Shown here: positions 61,901 to 64,000 of the stretch, one piece after another
How the letters are laid out: every line of letters starts with the position of its first letter
Numbering within the stretch: the first letter of the stretch is position 1
NCBI RefSeq assembly: GCF_000315625.1
Contig: NW_005434550.1
Coordinates: 1 to 64,000, forward strand
Source of the DNA: Guillardia theta CCMP2712
Taxonomy: Eukaryota > Protista > Cryptophyta
Direction: 5' to 3'
Length of the DNA stretch: 64,000 nt
Program-made: the position numbers and the translations under genes
Notes under the pieces: generated by a model
The model's database searches: none
The model's input: only the letters and a program-made list of their open reading frames with translations
What the model was told of the DNA's origin: nothing

Positions 61901-64000
61901 ACCTGGAGCAAGTGAGCCTCCTCAGGCCATAGACATAGACCAACACGTCGAATCGTTGACATGCCGGGAATGACAAATCCAAACCTGCCAGCACCTGCCC
62001 ATCCTCTTCTCCTCCTACCCCTGAGCCCGCAATGGAAAGGTCGACTTGAGAGGTTTGCGCGACTTCTTCTGCTCGCCTCAACTATGAAAGAGGTCATTAC
62101 TACCCAAGCAAACGATACTCACATGAAGGGAAACCAACACTGCTGGGTCTTTCAAACCGTCCTCCTGGTTCACGGCACGCAGGGAAAGCCAACCAACTTC
62201 TCCGTCAGGTCGCAGCTCGGACAACTTCAGCTCAGCTCGACTGGCAATGAGTTGACTGTGATTGGAACTTTTTCTCCAGCAGTTGATGAGCAGAGGAGGA
62301 GCATGCAGCAGATCGACGGGGAGAAGGACGTCGAGTTGTAGAGCCTCTAGAAACACACAGGATCTTCCCTTCTTCTCGGTCGAACTCGCGGAAACTCCCG
62401 CACAACTGATTGTGATGAAGGTCGAAGCGGGCAGGGATGCAGGATGATTGTCGTTCAACCCTCTTGTTGTGTAAAGTTTGCACAGCAAGTAATATTTGAC
62501 TCGCGCTCGTGTGTATGAAGGCTCAATCCTATCGCGCTTCATGTCCACTTTTGACAACTCATCGAAGTTCACAGCAAATCGCAGCAGAACTCTCCCTGCT
62601 CTCTGCGCTTGGAACCCTCCGAAATGATCTTCCTCGAGCTCCACCCATCGCGTATCTCGTGCTCTTGCTTCTTCATTTCTCAGCCTCAAGTAACAGAACC
62701 TCTTGCCCTTGCAGGCGAGGCTGACAAACAGGTCGGGAAGACTGTTGAAACTGGCTGTCACCCTTGGGAATGCAAACACCCCTTTCAAACTCTCGTTCCA
62801 CTCCACGGCGCTCGCAGTCGCTGACTTGGCCTTGGTGGTCATGATGTGGTTTCCGCAGCAAACTTCACAACTGACTGGCCCCGTCACGCTCACGTTCATT
62901 GCTTCCAACACGTCAACGACACAGCCGTACTGGACCTCAAGGGGCTCTGAGATCTCAGGGTGCATTTTATGCTGCAGAGGAGCTATGTTGACAGCTGAGG
63001 GCTTGAGAGGCTGTGAGGAATCGACCTGATCGTCTAGGCAGAAGGACAGAAGGATGCGTCCTCTGTACGCGGACCCTTCAGTCTTCCCCTCGTTCATCTC
63101 GTCTGCCTTCCGTCGAAGAGAGCCAAAGGGTCCCGGCAAGGAAGGGAGGCTGTCTGTAGAGGTGGGAGCGCCATACAAGTTGTACCAGGAGGGCACACGA
63201 AACTCGCTGACTGCTTCTTGAAAGGCGGACAGATGGAAGAAAAGACAACCCACCATGTCGTCCTCGTCCGCCAGGTCGTGGTCCATGACCTGCAGCTCGA
63301 GGACATCACAGAAGGAAGGGTAGAGAGTTGGAATGATGAAAGAGTGGTTGAAGACAGGATCTCTGCTCTTCTTCACGCTTGTCTTGATCCATGCGCCTCC
63401 TCCTATGCGAGCTCGCACGTAGGCGTCAATCCCAGCGGTCTGATTCAGAGCTGTTCCGACCGTGAAGTCCATCTGGGGTAACCTGATCACGCTCAAGTCA
63501 ACGCGATGGTTGCGATACGTAAGGGTCAAGAAACTCACCCCTCGGCTCTATGCACGTTCACTCTCAGCCGTACTGCCTTCTGCCTCACACTCTCCGGCAA
63601 GATTCCGATGGAGGGGGGTTTGGAGGATTCGGGTTCAGAAGAAACATCGAAGAGGTTGTCGTGAATGCTGCAGGTCTCTCCTGGTCCTGACATGCTTATC
63701 GTGACTAGAAGCACTCCGCGAGCAGACCCGACGCTGCCTCGATCGAAAAGAGCCACCCATTCCCGTACGAGCTCATGTTTCTTGCAGGCGTAGATGAAGG
63801 AGAGAGAGACATCAAAACTGCCGATGAGTTCGGGTCGATGAAGGACCCCTTGGATCCCTTCCAAGACATCCTCACAGTCTAGGGTGATCTTCTTGTGGTG
63901 TAGGTCTACCGACTTGTCGATCGGACAGCTGAAGTTGAAGGTCTCGTTCCACAAGGCGCTTCCTCCGCTTCTGGGCGCGACTCTCGTGCGGGTCTGCATG
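58986..64000 (-). CDS. Ferlin family protein (multiple C2 domains, C-terminal TM), multi-exon, 5' end outside the window
   Basis: IRLPQMD..DAYV, WYNLYGAP, AYRGRILLS, VRIYILGGRNL..KSDPYLRVSLG, RPD followed by a hydrophobic tail. Confidence 0.9.

Overview
Eukaryotic nuclear DNA, very probably a cryptophyte such as Guillardia theta. This is inferred from ~45-55 bp GT-AG introns, TTTAGGG telomere repeats and bipartite 'xxA-F' plastid presequences. The first ~8.35 kb looks like a left subtelomere. Three CCCTAAA tracts separate pieces of probably telomere-associated non-LTR retroelements, one with a restriction-like endonuclease. A young Ty3/Gypsy chromovirus (1066-7477, TSD CCCGG) has inserted among them. 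Its 1136-4401 segment is inverted, which splits RT and the 3' LTR and leaves two convergent LTR promoters. A gene-dense region follows: a Zn-finger/JmjC-like ORF, RME-8, a DRAM-like gene, a giant membrane-anchored WD40 protein built from tandem near-identical 7-blade propellers, a plastid YjbQ and a WD40-EF-cNMP protein. Next are a Mutator (MULE) element carrying a Ulp1-type protease between 25-bp satellite blocks, DusA, a trypsin-PDZ protein, a PH protein, two MULE MITEs with 9-bp TSDs, GGCT, an HTH/AT-hook protein and a ferlin. Several N gaps fall in repeats. Ends of multi-exon genes are approximate because I inferred them by eye.
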